DNA of 58,571 nucleotides from a virus. Lineage: Duplodnaviria; Caudoviricetes. Location: positions 1 to 58,571 of IMG/VR virus record IMGVR_UViG_3300036886_000519; one strand, 5' to 3'. This document shows positions 1 to 9,797 of the stretch, in pieces. The notes beneath the pieces are model-generated. The model was not told where the DNA came from. It saw only the letters and a program-made list of their open reading frames with translations, and made no database searches. The translations under genes and the position numbers were made by a program. Positions within the stretch are counted from its first letter, which is position 1, and every line of letters starts with the position of its first letter.

Positions 1-216
1 TCACTCGAAGTCCTGCTCGCTCAGGCAAAGCTGCTTGAGCATCTTGTGATAGGCACGCTTGTCGACCTCATCCTTCAGGTTGCGCACGGTGGTCATCTCC
101 GCTCCGTAGTAGAGAAGTCCGTGGCTGCCCTTGCCGCGTTGAGCCACCCAGCGCGCTTCCACACCGCGCTCCCTGCCCAGGGCCTGAATACGCCGCACAA
201 ACTCGTTGCCCCTCAC
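1..216 (-). CDS. hicA: HicA-like mRNA interferase toxin (type II TA)
   Basis: 71 aa from GTG at 216; RGKGSHGLLY motif and C-terminal 'YHKMLKQLCL' match the HicA pattern; partner hicB would lie left of the window. Confidence 0.7.
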   Translation of the reverse strand: MRGNEFVRRIQALGRERGVEARWVAQRGKGSHGLLYYGAEMTTVRNLKDEVDKRAYHKMLKQLCLSEQDFE

Positions 217-223
217 ACTTTCC

Positions 224-252
224 AGTATCGGACAAAAATGTCCTGCCCGCAA
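224..252 (-). promoter_or_regulatory. sigma70-like promoter of hicA with palindromic operator
   Basis: Minus strand TTGCGG-N17-GATACT; palindrome GGACA-N4-TGTCC (230-243) in the spacer; GTG start 7 nt below the -10 (leaderless). Confidence 0.6.
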
Positions 253-254
253 GA

Positions 255-1223
255 TTACCCCACCTTGATCGGGATGAAGAGCGCCGGATTGCGCTTTGGC
301 ATATCGACCACGTGTGCGTAGCGTGAGGTCATGCGCGGGTCGGAGTGGCCCAGAAGCTCCTGCACGGCGCGCAAGTCGCCGGTGTGCAAGTAGCCCAAGG
401 TGGCGGCGGTGTGGCGCAGCGCATGGTTGGAGAGGCCTGGACGCTTCAGGCCGGCCAGCCGCAGGCAATGGTCCGTCTGCGTGCGGATGCAGCCGCGGGT
501 CAGACGATGACAGTGATAGCTGATGGTGCTGAACAGCGGCGTGCCGTCGGCGTCGGCCGCTACTTCGCCGCGGAGCGCCACGTACCCCTTGATTCGGCTG
601 CCGGTGTCCGGGCGCAGGTACACGATCCGGTCGCGGGTCTTGCCACGCACCAGCAATACGATATTCTCGCCCTTCTCGGTGAGATCCTCGACATTGGCGC
701 GCTGCACCTCGATGGTTCGCAATCCATGCAGCCCCGCCAGGCTGATCATCAGCAGATTGCGCAGCCTCCGGAGCTTGTCCCGGCCGGTGGTCTGGTCGGG
801 ATCGGGGATCACCGACAGCAGCTTGGCCAGTTCCTCATCGCAGAGGTAGTTGAAATCCTCAGTGGCGCGGCGCACGCGCGGGGACTTCACGCCGGCGGCG
901 GGATTGTCGGGCCGCAGGCCGGCGTTGCGCGCGGCGTCGTAGAAGCGCCGGACGATCAATAGCTTCCAACGGATGGTGACGGGATTGTAGTTGGCCTCGA
1001 TCAGCGCCGAACGGTAGCGCTTGACGTGCATGGTGGTGATGGTCGCCGGGTCAAAGTCCTGCGCGATGCACCAGGCGGCCCAGATCTCGACCTCGTTGCG
1101 GTAGTTGTGGACGGTGTCCGCGGAAGCGTCGCCATTGGCCACGTCGACGCGCAGGAAGTCGGCGAAGGCGGCGTCCAGTTCGGAGCGCGTTCGCGGGGGC
1201 CGGTACGTTACCAGGGAAGTCAT
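255..1223 (-). CDS. Tyrosine recombinase (XerC/D / phage integrase family)
   Basis: GLRTIEV (R), GK, HALRH (HxxR), LGHSD and TSRY catalytic motifs; N-terminal core-binding domain; GAGGA RBS before ATG 1223. Confidence 0.92.
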   Translation of the reverse strand: MTSLVTYRPPRTRSELDAAFADFLRVDVANGDASADTVHNYRNEVEIWAAWCIAQDFDPATITTMHVKRYRSALIEANYNPVTIRWKLLIVRRFYDAARNAGLRPDNPAAGVKSPRVRRATEDFNYLCDEELAKLLSVIPDPDQTTGRDKLRRLRNLLMISLAGLHGLRTIEVQRANVEDLTEKGENIVLLVRGKTRDRIVYLRPDTGSRIKGYVALRGEVAADADGTPLFSTISYHCHRLTRGCIRTQTDHCLRLAGLKRPGLSNHALRHTAATLGYLHTGDLRAVQELLGHSDPRMTSRYAHVVDMPKRNPALFIPIKVG

Positions 1224-1282
1224 TGTGGAATCCTCATTGGGGGATGCTGTCGAACCCATGAACCCTCTTCTGGGGCGGCATA

Positions 1283-1621
1283 TCAAGGCACCATCAGGGC
1301 ACTGATCAACGGTTGGAGCCAATTGCGATCGGCGCTGGCGCTGTAAGCCCTCCAGGTCTCGACTGCGGTTCTGATGCGGGCGATTTCGGCGTCGGTGAAC
1401 TCGAAGTCCTTCGTTGGAATCGACAGTGCCGGATTCCAGACGGTGCGCTCTTGGCCATTGACGAACTCGCGCTTGAGATCGATCATCTTTTCCTCAGCCG
1501 GATCGAGAGCGAGCTTGTCTTGCATCGCCCAGATCGCGCGAATGGAACCCACGTCTGCTCGCTGCACTCCCAAGAGCGCGTGCAGGTTCAGACGCTGGGT
1601 GTGGTCCAGCGTCAGTTTCAT
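1283..1621 (-). CDS. Hypothetical protein (possible tail-fibre assembly chaperone)
   Basis: 112 aa ORF with AAGGA RBS directly after the last fibre-like gene; function from position only. Confidence 0.6.
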   Translation of the reverse strand: MKLTLDHTQRLNLHALLGVQRADVGSIRAIWAMQDKLALDPAEEKMIDLKREFVNGQERTVWNPALSIPTKDFEFTDAEIARIRTAVETWRAYSASADRNWLQPLISALMVP

Positions 1622-1632
1622 TGGTTGTTCCT

Positions 1633-2724
1633 TTACGGGTTGGAGTAGAGCAGGATGTAGCCCGCCGTGACTCCGGCGGGATTCTTCACTTTGATTACGC
1701 CCGACCAGCCAGAGGGATTCGAGGCGCCCATCAGTTCCGCGAAACGGTAACCGTTCCCGGCGCCGCCCGCGACGATGAGTTCGCCGTTGTTCAGTACCTT
1801 CAATAGTGTGTGGTCCGTGAGGTTCGACTGGTTGCTTCTGACGACCAGCGGGTCGCTCAACTCCACGCCCACGTCGAGGCTGAGCGCGCCAGAGACAATA
1901 TCGCTGGCCGCGTGCGTGTGAGTGGGAAGGTCAGCGGCCGAGAGCACGGTGCCGGCAGTAGCGCGTCCCTTGGCGTCCACCGTGACCTTGGTGAACGTGC
2001 CCGGTGTGACGCCGGAGTTCGCCAACGAGATCACGCCGGCGTTGACGGCGAGCCCGCCCACTGTATCGATTTGAACGATGCCCTTGCTGGTGGTTGTTGC
2101 GTCCGGGTACGAGAACGATCCGAAGGTCTGGCCTGGCGCGAAGTCAAGGATGGCATCGAAGGCGATGTGGTCGTTGGCGTTGAGCGCAATGCCGAGGTCG
2201 CCAGAATCGTCAGCCTTGCGCCACTTCACGGCACCGGTATTCGGCAGGCGCATGAGACCGGTGGCGGCCTTGTTTCCGGACCCGAACTCCGCGCCGTCCT
2301 GGAACGTCTTCACGCCGGTGATTGTGACCGCGCCGTTTCTCAGGACGTAACTCCGCGCGGCTGCGGTACCGATGTCGTTCTCGATCGCAAGAACCGCCGA
2401 CTGGAGCGCGGTGATGAAGGCCGAAACCATGTTGGCGCGGACGGTCGCGCCTTGGGAGTGCTGGGCAGCCGTTGTGCCGAACGCGCCTCGCTGGCAGCCG
2501 GTGAACTGGGTGGCGTTCTTCCCGGTGTAGACGATCAGCTCGTCGTTGATCGAGAGTACGCCGTAGGCGTCAGCGAAACCGCCGGAGGTCGACTGCACGC
2601 TGATGGTCGTGTCGCCGGCCAGGATCTGGAGTGTGGTCGTGGTCTCCAGGGGCTTCGTCGAGAAGGTGTCGACCGGCGAAAACAGAGTCGCTGCACCGTC
2701 GATGCTGTCCGGATAACTACTCAT
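1633..2724 (-). CDS. Tail fibre-like protein
   Basis: G/T/A-rich; fibre motifs ATTTSKGIVQI, GTFTKVTVDAKGRATAG, HTHAASDI; end of tail module. Confidence 0.75.
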   Translation of the reverse strand: MSSYPDSIDGAATLFSPVDTFSTKPLETTTTLQILAGDTTISVQSTSGGFADAYGVLSINDELIVYTGKNATQFTGCQRGAFGTTAAQHSQGATVRANMVSAFITALQSAVLAIENDIGTAAARSYVLRNGAVTITGVKTFQDGAEFGSGNKAATGLMRLPNTGAVKWRKADDSGDLGIALNANDHIAFDAILDFAPGQTFGSFSYPDATTTSKGIVQIDTVGGLAVNAGVISLANSGVTPGTFTKVTVDAKGRATAGTVLSAADLPTHTHAASDIVSGALSLDVGVELSDPLVVRSNQSNLTDHTLLKVLNNGELIVAGGAGNGYRFAELMGASNPSGWSGVIKVKNPAGVTAGYILLYSNP

Positions 2725-5700
2725 TAAGCCTCCCCGCGTTTGCCATCAGGCGGTCTGGCAAGACTGGCACAGCGACGACGGCCTCCAGTGCCCGGGCGGC
2801 GCGTGGCTTGTGGTATGTCACGGCCGTCGCCCGAGCCTGGCTCGCCACATCGAGCGGAACCGGGCGGCTGTTCAAGCAGAACTGGTCGAAGGCCCAGAGA
2901 CAGAACGAGTAGAGGCCCCGATTGCGCCACATGGCGTAGGCCTGTGCCATCGGCGGATCGGGCGGGCCGTAGATGCCGGTGAGGTACATGCACTCCTCGG
3001 GCGGGCGGCCTAGCATGAGCGGAAACTCCATTGTCTGGCGCATCCGGATGGCGTTCTTCTGCCAGACGTCGTAATCGAAGCCCTCGCAGCGGAAATACTT
3101 GATGCTGTACGAGGCGGTTTTCCACTCGTTCGGCAGATTCACGTGGAAGTTGAGTTGGCGTCGATTGGCGTCGTGCGGCCAGAGGCATTCGAAGACCGCC
3201 GAGGGGTGGAACTGCCGCACATACGCGATGACCTCCTGGCAGTAGGCCCAGATGCGGTCGCGCAGGAAGTTGGCGGACTCGATGTCGTCGTTGGGATCGT
3301 CGGTGTTTGCCAGGAACCGATGCATTGCCCGGCCATGCGCCGCTTCAAAAGCGGCCTTGGTCTCGGCGTCGTAGTAGGGCATCCCAGACTCGTTTGGGAA
3401 ATACCACCACTGCGTCTCGCCGAACTGCAAGATGACCGACAGACCCGCCGCGGCGATCTCGTCGGCGCACTCCCTGTACATCTGCTTCAAGTAGGCGCGC
3501 ACGCGCGTGCCGAAGTGCATCTGCGTCGAGGGCACCGGCAGGTCCACTGACGCGCCATCCCAGTAGCGCGCTGCCATCTCGACGGGCGGGCGGTAGCATT
3601 CCATCGAGAAAGCGAATGATGCCTGGATGCCAGCGGCCTGAAAGTGAGTGGCGAGGTCGCGAATCCATCGCCGCGCGCCCTCGGTCATTACCGGAGCGAC
3701 AGCGTCGATCATCTCCCAGTCGCCCTCTGTGCCCGCCGTGCCGAGGTTGTCTGTCAGTGTGAGCGTCACCGAGTTCGGCGGGCCGACAGCGACAGCGGGA
3801 AACGTCCAGGCGGGAGCTTTCGATTGGATGCGCAGCGTGGTCGAGGTGCCGTAGTTGTCGTCGGCCCACACGCCGGCGAACATGCCATTGATCGCCGCCC
3901 GGAAGTGGCTGACGATGTCCTGAAGCGTCTCGCCGAAGCCGATGGCGTGGTTGATCCGCGTGCCGGAGATCGAGATCCAGACCACGTCGTTGAGGGCTGG
4001 GCTGCCAGAGAACTCGATCGTGGCACAGGGGTACGTGGAGCCCACACGCCGTCGCTTGTTGTTCCAGAAGACGCCCATGTAGACGTCGGCATGGCCGCGG
4101 AAGCCGAGCTTCTCAAGCTGCCAGACGTGCCAGGCCGGGGGCTTCTTGTAGCCGTGGTCGGTGTCGAAGTCGATGGCGAGCGAGACGTTGGAGTATGTCT
4201 GCGGCGCGTCTGGAACGTCCTGCGGTTCGAGCGGCCAGAGGTAATCGAAGTAGAAGTAGCCGCCGGAGGTTGCGGTGATCTCGACCACGTGTACCCCGGC
4301 AGCCAGTCCGCCGCGAAGTTTCACGTTCGCCGTGATGCCGCCATATTCAGCGAGATAGAGATCGTGCACGGAGGTCACGCCATCGACAGCGACGCTGATC
4401 ACGCCGCAATCGGTATCGAGGAAGGTGCCGAGATAGAGGTCATGCTGACGCGGGTGGCTGTAGCGAATCGTGACCTTGCCGGAGGCTGTGCGCTTGGCGT
4501 GGCCCATGCTCCACCACTGCGAGGGCCAGCCCTGCGCGCCGTACTTGTAATCCTCCCAGTAGCCGGTGTACTTGCATCGTCCATCAGACTCTTCGATTCG
4601 AGGTGCGCCGCCGCCGACCTTGAGCGTACGGTCGCCGGTCACGGCGATGTTCGACAGGGCGACGCGCCACTCGATATCGGAGGCTACGCCGGTCACCGGC
4701 GAGACCTTCTTGAGGCGCGTCCCGGCGGGCCACGCAGCGGGGGACGAGTTCTGGTGGCCGCGCTGGACGGAGATCTGCGTGACTCCGTCGAGGGAGACAA
4801 GCAGCAGGCGCTCCTCGCTCGATGAGTCCCCGATGAAGTACCGGCCGCCTGTGAGCTTCGAAACGTCGTCCACCTGGAGCACGGTATCGTTGGCGGCGAC
4901 GTCCGCGGTGAGGAAGCAGCCGTCATCGAGTTCCTCTTCGGCGGGTTCAAAGCGCGGCGCGAAGACTATGTAGATCTTGCGGCAGTCGTTCATTGGGACG
5001 GTGCGGCCCAGCTTGTCGAGGAGCGGCTGCGTGAAGTCCAGCGCGATGCGGTACTTGGTGTCGTTGTCGCCGCCGGTGAAGCGCGGGATGCGGAGCCCGG
5101 TCCAATCGGCACTTTGGGGGCCCACCCCTTCGTGGCCCGAAGTGACGAGGACGCGGTCCAGGTTGCCCAGCTTGCCGTAGCGGGCGACGGGAAGCGGCGG
5201 GGTTGCGAACGTCAGCACCAAAGTTCCCGAGGGCGCACCCTCCGGGCCGGTGCGGATGGCCGTGGCCGTGATCACGCCGGACTGATCCGGCCCGTAGCGC
5301 CCTTCCACCTCCTCGCCCGGGGTGTTGATGATCTCGGCCATTTTGACGAGCAGGTCATAGGCGGTGCCATCCACCTGATCGCTGGCCACCGTGTAGCGCG
5401 TATCGCGGAAATACAGGTGCAGCCAATCCAGACCGCTCTCGGGCAGGTAGCCGTATGCTTCGACTCGGCAGCTTGCCGGCGTCTCCGAGCCAGCGATCGC
5501 CGTGGCGTGATCGAGCAGGCGAACTTCGTAGAGGTCCCCTGCGCCGCAGACGAAGGTGATCGCGTCCCAGGAGACGGAGGGGTACTTGGCCGCATCGAAG
5601 CGAACGGCGCCGTCGAGGGTGTGGTCGTACTCGATATCGAACTCCAGATTCAGACCGGAGAGATCCGTCCGCGGCAGGTGTTTCAGGCGCAGGTGATTGA

Positions 5701-5881
5701 AGTAGTCGTAGGCGTTGTAGAGGCACAGGACCGCGAAATCCTCGGCCGCCTGGAAGATGCCGGAGATGGAGATGCCCGTCTGGGTGGCGTCGTGCAGCGT
5801 GGTGGTCGCCGCGCGGCCGGAGAAGCCCTGCACGTGCATAGTCCGGCGCGGGTCGAAGATGATGAGTGGCTCAGAGGGCAT
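2717..5881 (-). CDS. Large tail-associated protein with carbohydrate-binding-like and C-terminal glycoside-hydrolase/TIM-barrel-like region
   Basis: 1054 aa, coupled to neighbours; aromatic-rich C-terminus (QFGETQWWYF, EGFDY, WAFDQ) resembling DUF2460-associated tail proteins. Confidence 0.6.
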   Translation of the reverse strand: MPSEPLIIFDPRRTMHVQGFSGRAATTTLHDATQTGISISGIFQAAEDFAVLCLYNAYDYFNHLRLKHLPRTDLSGLNLEFDIEYDHTLDGAVRFDAAKYPSVSWDAITFVCGAGDLYEVRLLDHATAIAGSETPASCRVEAYGYLPESGLDWLHLYFRDTRYTVASDQVDGTAYDLLVKMAEIINTPGEEVEGRYGPDQSGVITATAIRTGPEGAPSGTLVLTFATPPLPVARYGKLGNLDRVLVTSGHEGVGPQSADWTGLRIPRFTGGDNDTKYRIALDFTQPLLDKLGRTVPMNDCRKIYIVFAPRFEPAEEELDDGCFLTADVAANDTVLQVDDVSKLTGGRYFIGDSSSEERLLLVSLDGVTQISVQRGHQNSSPAAWPAGTRLKKVSPVTGVASDIEWRVALSNIAVTGDRTLKVGGGAPRIEESDGRCKYTGYWEDYKYGAQGWPSQWWSMGHAKRTASGKVTIRYSHPRQHDLYLGTFLDTDCGVISVAVDGVTSVHDLYLAEYGGITANVKLRGGLAAGVHVVEITATSGGYFYFDYLWPLEPQDVPDAPQTYSNVSLAIDFDTDHGYKKPPAWHVWQLEKLGFRGHADVYMGVFWNNKRRRVGSTYPCATIEFSGSPALNDVVWISISGTRINHAIGFGETLQDIVSHFRAAINGMFAGVWADDNYGTSTTLRIQSKAPAWTFPAVAVGPPNSVTLTLTDNLGTAGTEGDWEMIDAVAPVMTEGARRWIRDLATHFQAAGIQASFAFSMECYRPPVEMAARYWDGASVDLPVPSTQMHFGTRVRAYLKQMYRECADEIAAAGLSVILQFGETQWWYFPNESGMPYYDAETKAAFEAAHGRAMHRFLANTDDPNDDIESANFLRDRIWAYCQEVIAYVRQFHPSAVFECLWPHDANRRQLNFHVNLPNEWKTASYSIKYFRCEGFDYDVWQKNAIRMRQTMEFPLMLGRPPEECMYLTGIYGPPDPPMAQAYAMWRNRGLYSFCLWAFDQFCLNSRPVPLDVASQARATAVTYHKPRAARALEAVVAVPVLPDRLMANAGRLNE

Positions 5882-5882
5882 G

Positions 5883-8800
5883 TTACGTTTGGATCACCAC
5901 CGTGAGGTCGGAGCCAGGATCGGGTGACGCGACCGCGAGGATGTCGAACGCCAGGTCGTCGCCTTCGTGGAGCACGGGCGTCGGCCAGATCGTCGGGCGG
6001 ATGCGCTCCCCCGCGGCGTGGTCCTTCGTCACGATGGCGTCGAAGGTCTGGTTGTCTGGGTCCACGCTGATGAGCCGCACGTACTCCTCATTCGCGCCGC
6101 CCGGATTGATGTGGATGAACTTGCCGGGCTCCAGGCCGAGGCGGCTCGCGCCGTAGGAGGCGGTCTGGATCGTCTGCGTCGTTGGGCTGCCGGTCACCGC
6201 CTGCGCCAGCACGAGGCCGTAGTCGCCATACGGCAGGCGGCGCGTGGCGGGAAGCCCGTAGCCTTCGTTGTTCACTAGGAAATCGTAGGTGTTCTTGTAC
6301 GCTGTCGGCACCGACTGCGCGATGCCCGTGTACTCGAGCGGCTCCCAGGAGGCTCCGCCGTCTCTGCTGATCTTGACCAGGTAGGCCGACTGGCCGTCGA
6401 CGGTGCCCTGCTGGAGATAGGCGTAGATGCAGCGGATCGACGCCGCGTCTTGCACCTTCATAGGGATCGCCACATTCTCGGCGACGGTAAGGGGTCCCGG
6501 AATCTGGAACGTGTAAGCCCCGCCAGAGCAGGTGCGGTCGCCGGGCATGAAAGGCTCGTTATGGTGCGAGAGCGGAAATACCGGGTACGGCCCGTAGCCG
6601 AAATGGTTCGCCACGCCCACCACTGCCGCCACGATGCAGGCGCTGGGGAGTTTGGCCTCCACACGCGCGGGCAGGCCGGGTGTGCGGAAGAAGCCTTTCT
6701 TCACGCTGAAGGTGAACGTCTTCTGGTCGAGCTTGTAGAAGCGGATGCCGGACTGGTGCGCGCACTTCAGCGTGCCGAAGGTGGCCTGGTCCGGGGGCGC
6801 CGGCTGGTATGGCGGATAACTGTGCTCATCCCCAGGCCAGTTCCGCTGGAAGAGGAAAGTCCCGGATCCAACGACGTCTCCCACGTCGCCCGGCCCGACG
6901 ATCTGGGCGCACTCGTAAGATCGGCGGCCAGGGGTGTCCGGATCGGCCGCCTCGTCGTTGAACACCACGAAGTCGCCCACACGGAACACCCGGCTGGTGT
7001 CCGGGTTCACCGTGCAGGAGACGCTTAGCGGGTCGGTGTCCCGATCGACCGCCGCATCAAGACTGGCCCACAGGTCCGTGGCTAGCTCGTCCACATAGTA
7101 GAGCGCCAGCGTCACCTCGTGCGCGCCCACGATGTTCGCGTTGCCGGAGGCGTCCGGAAGCACCTCCATCTGGTCGAGCGCGAAGGTGCCGTAATCGGCA
7201 AGCTTTGGAGTCGCACTCACGACGCCGGGAACTCCGTTGTCTTGCAGGTTCTCGTCCGGAACCGGCGAGGCCACCACGTCGGCGGGCTTCGGACCTGCGG
7301 CCAGATCGTACATGGAGTCCGTGGTCGTGCGGCCCTGAATGTCGATGGAGTAGTCCTTGTTGAGCTTCCAGCAGGAGACGCGGAACTCGCCCAGACCTCC
7401 GGGCATGTCCGGATGCGTCATCGAGCAGACCATGCCCGGCTCGGTGTTGAGCGCCAGGACCGTGGTCCGGAAGACCAACTGGCGCGCCGCCTTCCACTCT
7501 GCGATGCTGATGCCGCCCAACTCCTCGCGCAACCGGATACTGATGATTCGCGCCGCCTGCGACTTGGTGGAGGCGCCGGAGAGATTGACGTTCGATTTCA
7601 GGAACAGCGGACCAGCCGCGCCGCCCAGCAGCGTGGCGCGGTCGATATCGTAGACGGTGACCGAGTTGTTGACGAACTTGTAGTCCTGGTCCGCGAAGTT
7701 GGCGGTGAGGTGGTCGAACGAGGGCTTGAGCGGGGCCAACTGGAGCGAATTGAACACGATGTTCCCGATGCTGAAGGCCTCGACCGTCGAGGAGTTCACG
7801 CGCACACCGATCTTGAGCTTGCCGAACGCGAATGTGTAGTACCCCAGGCAGTTCATCAGCACTTCCTGGAGCCAGTCGCGGAGGGGCTTCTCCTCATTCA
7901 ACGTGCCTCGGAATTTGAACTGCGTCTCGCTGCCGGCGCCGACGAGCGCGGTCACCTGCTGGTCGCAGATCGCCGCCGCGTCGACGGCGGCTTGCACATC
8001 GAAGAACGTCTCCGCGAGGTTCAACTGCGCGGGGGTGGCGTTCGCGCCCAGCCGGAGTCCGCGCGCCCGCAACAACATGTTGATGGCGATCCAAACCGGA
8101 TTCACGAGGGGCGGACCGAAGACTCGCACGCCAGGCGAGGTCCACATCCACCCGCTCATGCCCATCTGGACGTACGCCACCATAGCGTGGTCGCCGGGCT
8201 TGGTGAGTTGTAAGCCCTTGGTGTCGCTGCGACGGATCACGAGAAACGCGGTTCCGGCCGCGTAGTTGTCCTTGTATGTTGAGTTGCCGGAGAAGACCTT
8301 GCGCCAGTCGCCACCGGTGGCGTTCCCGGATTGGTCGAGAGAGAACCAATCGCCGTCGGCCGCGGGGTCCGCGCCCAGGACCTGCCGGATGCCGTAGGTG
8401 GGTTGGTTGGGCCAGCCATGCTGCGCCTGGCCGTCGAGCGTGCTGCCGACGAAGACCGCGCCAGTGCTGCCCATGGCGACTGGATTCCTGTTCAGGTCTT
8501 CGTAGTGCGCGGCGGTGTAGGAGATGAGCGGTCCTTCGCCCACGATCCCCAGTGCCTCGTAGAAGTCGCTCTCGTCGCGGCCCGCCGCCACCTTGCAGTT
8601 CACCGGCATTTCGCTATCGGTGTAGATCTCCGGAATGACCTGGTCGTAAATGGAATCTGAGACCAGCGACACGCTGGTGATGCTCGACCGTCCGAAGCCG
8701 AAGACGCCGGTGGAGTTGTCCTTGATGGTCACTCCTTGCGGCTCCGCGATCACCGCACCGTAGTACCGCTTCATGCCGTGCGCCAGGCAGCCGTTGGCCG

Positions 8801-9791
8801 TGTCGTATCCCTTGTCGCAGTTGGTTGGATCGCCGGAAGGGAAATGGACCAGGTCCATCGCACCGGCAGCGGCGAACGGGCACGCGCCAATGTTGAACGC
8901 CTTCCAGCAGGAGCGCGACACCTTCCGTGTCGGGTAAGGAAGATTCAGTTCGTACAGACCATCGGCGGCGGTGACTTTGAACTCCGCGCCGGAATCGAAC
9001 TGCCAGTTGATGATGTCGCCCTTCCACAGGTCGAGCTTGATCTGCTGACCAACGTGGTAGAGCGAGAACTCGATGGTCGCGCGGAACAGATCCACGTCGT
9101 TCGCCAGATCGCGCATCACGCGGTCGGCGTTGCCGAAGGTGAACGTGGCGTCGTCGGCTTCGTTGCCCATGCCCTGCGAGATGCCATCGAAGTCCACCAG
9201 GCGCGGCAGGTACAATTGCGCACCGATGGTGCAGCGCCGGTCGGAGAGGTAGATGGCGGGGTAGCCGCTCTGGAGAGGCTGGATCTTAAGCAGCGGGATC
9301 ATCTGCTGTACTTGCGAAAGCAGAGCGTCCTTTAGTGCCTGCGGCGGAAACCGGGTCTCCGTCGAGGAGAGCGTGTAGGTGGGATTCGAAGCCGGGATCT
9401 CGACCAGCGTAACGCCGAGGCTGCAGGCGTGGTCCGCGAGCATCTCCCAGGAGAGCGGCTCGTTGGCGAACCGGCAGGTGTAGGCCGTCGTGCTGTTGCC
9501 GTTGTCGTTGGGTGCGTTGTAAGTGAATGCGCCGTAGGGGCCGTACTTCAACTCCCAAAAGTCGCGGAGAGCGCGCCGGTCAGCGTCACGCAGGAAGGCG
9601 CGCCGCACGGTGAAGCGTTTCGCGCCCGCACCCAGCAGGAAGCGCTGCTCGATCTTGGCGTTGCCGCTCCCAAACTGGTGGATCGCCACGTCCGGATGGT
9701 TCGACCGCCCGAATGGGTAGTCGGAAACGATGGGGAACGTGCCGGAGACGGCGATCTCAGGAACGGCGATGTTGCCGAGGAAGTCAGGCAT
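5883..9791 (-). CDS. Tail tip / hub (central fibre) protein with N-terminal DUF2460-like domain
   Basis: 1302 aa; Cys cluster C-x8-C-x17-C-x8-C like GTA hub/lambda gpL; NPVWIAINML and gpJ-like central region. Confidence 0.75.
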   Translation of the reverse strand: MPDFLGNIAVPEIAVSGTFPIVSDYPFGRSNHPDVAIHQFGSGNAKIEQRFLLGAGAKRFTVRRAFLRDADRRALRDFWELKYGPYGAFTYNAPNDNGNSTTAYTCRFANEPLSWEMLADHACSLGVTLVEIPASNPTYTLSSTETRFPPQALKDALLSQVQQMIPLLKIQPLQSGYPAIYLSDRRCTIGAQLYLPRLVDFDGISQGMGNEADDATFTFGNADRVMRDLANDVDLFRATIEFSLYHVGQQIKLDLWKGDIINWQFDSGAEFKVTAADGLYELNLPYPTRKVSRSCWKAFNIGACPFAAAGAMDLVHFPSGDPTNCDKGYDTANGCLAHGMKRYYGAVIAEPQGVTIKDNSTGVFGFGRSSITSVSLVSDSIYDQVIPEIYTDSEMPVNCKVAAGRDESDFYEALGIVGEGPLISYTAAHYEDLNRNPVAMGSTGAVFVGSTLDGQAQHGWPNQPTYGIRQVLGADPAADGDWFSLDQSGNATGGDWRKVFSGNSTYKDNYAAGTAFLVIRRSDTKGLQLTKPGDHAMVAYVQMGMSGWMWTSPGVRVFGPPLVNPVWIAINMLLRARGLRLGANATPAQLNLAETFFDVQAAVDAAAICDQQVTALVGAGSETQFKFRGTLNEEKPLRDWLQEVLMNCLGYYTFAFGKLKIGVRVNSSTVEAFSIGNIVFNSLQLAPLKPSFDHLTANFADQDYKFVNNSVTVYDIDRATLLGGAAGPLFLKSNVNLSGASTKSQAARIISIRLREELGGISIAEWKAARQLVFRTTVLALNTEPGMVCSMTHPDMPGGLGEFRVSCWKLNKDYSIDIQGRTTTDSMYDLAAGPKPADVVASPVPDENLQDNGVPGVVSATPKLADYGTFALDQMEVLPDASGNANIVGAHEVTLALYYVDELATDLWASLDAAVDRDTDPLSVSCTVNPDTSRVFRVGDFVVFNDEAADPDTPGRRSYECAQIVGPGDVGDVVGSGTFLFQRNWPGDEHSYPPYQPAPPDQATFGTLKCAHQSGIRFYKLDQKTFTFSVKKGFFRTPGLPARVEAKLPSACIVAAVVGVANHFGYGPYPVFPLSHHNEPFMPGDRTCSGGAYTFQIPGPLTVAENVAIPMKVQDAASIRCIYAYLQQGTVDGQSAYLVKISRDGGASWEPLEYTGIAQSVPTAYKNTYDFLVNNEGYGLPATRRLPYGDYGLVLAQAVTGSPTTQTIQTASYGASRLGLEPGKFIHINPGGANEEYVRLISVDPDNQTFDAIVTKDHAAGERIRPTIWPTPVLHEGDDLAFDILAVASPDPGSDLTVVIQT

Positions 9792-9797
9792 CTCGAC

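Noticed and set aside
1251-1263. GAAC repeat upstream of tyrosine recombinase as LexA box
   Set aside because: Spacing is N5 rather than N7
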